DNA of 64,000 bases from the NCBI RefSeq assembly GCF_009914755.1, contig NC_060935.1. One strand, written 5' to 3'. Below, in pieces: positions 63,001 through 64,000 of the stretch. The DNA is from the human T2T-CHM13v2.0 reference genome, Homo sapiens. The notes under the pieces were generated by a model. The model saw only the letters and a list, made by a program, of their open reading frames with translations. It had not been told where the DNA came from and made no database searches. Position 1 is the stretch's first letter. The number at the start of each line of letters is the position of its first letter. Both the position numbers and the translations under genes were made by a program.

Positions 63001-64000
63001 AATCTGATGTGCAGACTCCACAGGAGGGGGAAGAACCAAGCTCTTTTCTTTCACAGCTGGGAGGTGGGTAGCCTGGGGCAAGTTCTGAAGCCCAACTTGC
63101 CCACCACCTGGAAAAAGGCTCAAGGCTGTTAATGGGGGCATGATAGGAGTGAGATCAGCTCTTCGGTTTGTGTGGGAGTTGGGTGAAACCTGTGACTGCC
63201 ATCTTTTCCCTACTTCCCTGACAACCTGCATGACTCAGCAGAGGCAGCCATAATCCTCCTAGATACACAACTCCATTGACGTGGGAACCTTACTCCCATC
63301 CCCTACAGCAGCTGTAGCAAGACCTGCCCAAGGAGAGTCTGAGCTCAGACTTGGGTGATGGGTGCACCACAATTTCACAAATCATTATATGAAATTTCAC
63401 AATAATTTATGAAAAAAATGTATATTTCAAAATTGTCAAGAGTAAATTTCAAGTGCTCTTGCCACAAAAATAAGTATGTGAGGTGATGCATGTGTTAATT
63501 AACTTGATCTAATTATTTCATAATGTATACCTGTATTAAAATATTACATCGTACCCTATAAATATATAAATATTATTTGTTAATTAGACATTTTTTAAAA
63601 GCTATGAAACTATTTTAAAAAGTAGGACTAGTTTGTTTAACAGAATATCAAAATTTGATAACATAGACAATAACCAATGTTTATAAATTGAATTTAGATT
63701 TTCAAAGTGAAAACAGATCACACATTTATTTGAAGGCACATAGGATATAGCTACCAAAATGTAAATATTTGGCCCTTTTCCTAAGCTTCTTCTAATTCTA
63801 TAAATAAATTTTAAGAAAAATTTTAAAAAATGCAAAAGAGAGTTAAAGTTTCTGGTAATGGCAGGCTGGGGTTTATAGATGAGCATGTGAGCTGAAAAAC
63901 ATGGATAATGTTAGAATAAACATTTTTTTCCTAACACAAAGAAATAATACACATTTAAGACGATGGATGTCTTAATTACCCCGATTTGATCATTACACAT
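60100..64000 (+). mobile_element. L1M/L1MA remnants with a nested, internally deleted L1PB (62446-63416)
   Basis: L1 3' end at 61640-62445 resumes after 63417; TSD AATGTATATTT. Confidence 0.78.

Noticed and set aside
62545-63231. Longest ORF in the track (228 aa, - strand)
   Set aside because: It lies wholly antisense within the L1PB 5'UTR and has no gene features.

Overview
Primate (most likely human) AT-rich, repeat-dense genomic DNA that I recognise as part of the oocyte-secreted protein (OOSP/PLAC1-like, ZP-N domain) cluster, chr11q12 in human; the locus and gene names come from recall and should be confirmed. All genes are on the + strand. (1) OOSP1 exons 2-4 (exon 1 lies upstream of the window), with two candidate terminal exons at 8003 and 16492. 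(2) A decayed OOSP-like pseudogene at about 10770-12950, downstream of OOSP1 exon 4. (3) The complete five-exon OOSP4A (23330-29421, 184 aa). (4) A five-exon tandem paralogue of OOSP4A at 37391-56066 that I cannot assign to any named gene. When spliced by hand it gives an uninterrupted 169-aa secreted ZP-N protein, with GT-AG introns, a conserved TATA plus triple E-box promoter and a polyA signal. This is the main finding. It has lost the third ZP-N cysteine, gained a new one 7 residues downstream, and has a weak GAG acceptor at exon 3, so it is either a live unannotated gene or a recently dying one. The rest is interspersed repeats: Alu, L1, L2, MIR, LTRs, Tigger1/3, MER1B, MER58 and a half MADE1 in the OOSP4A promoter.
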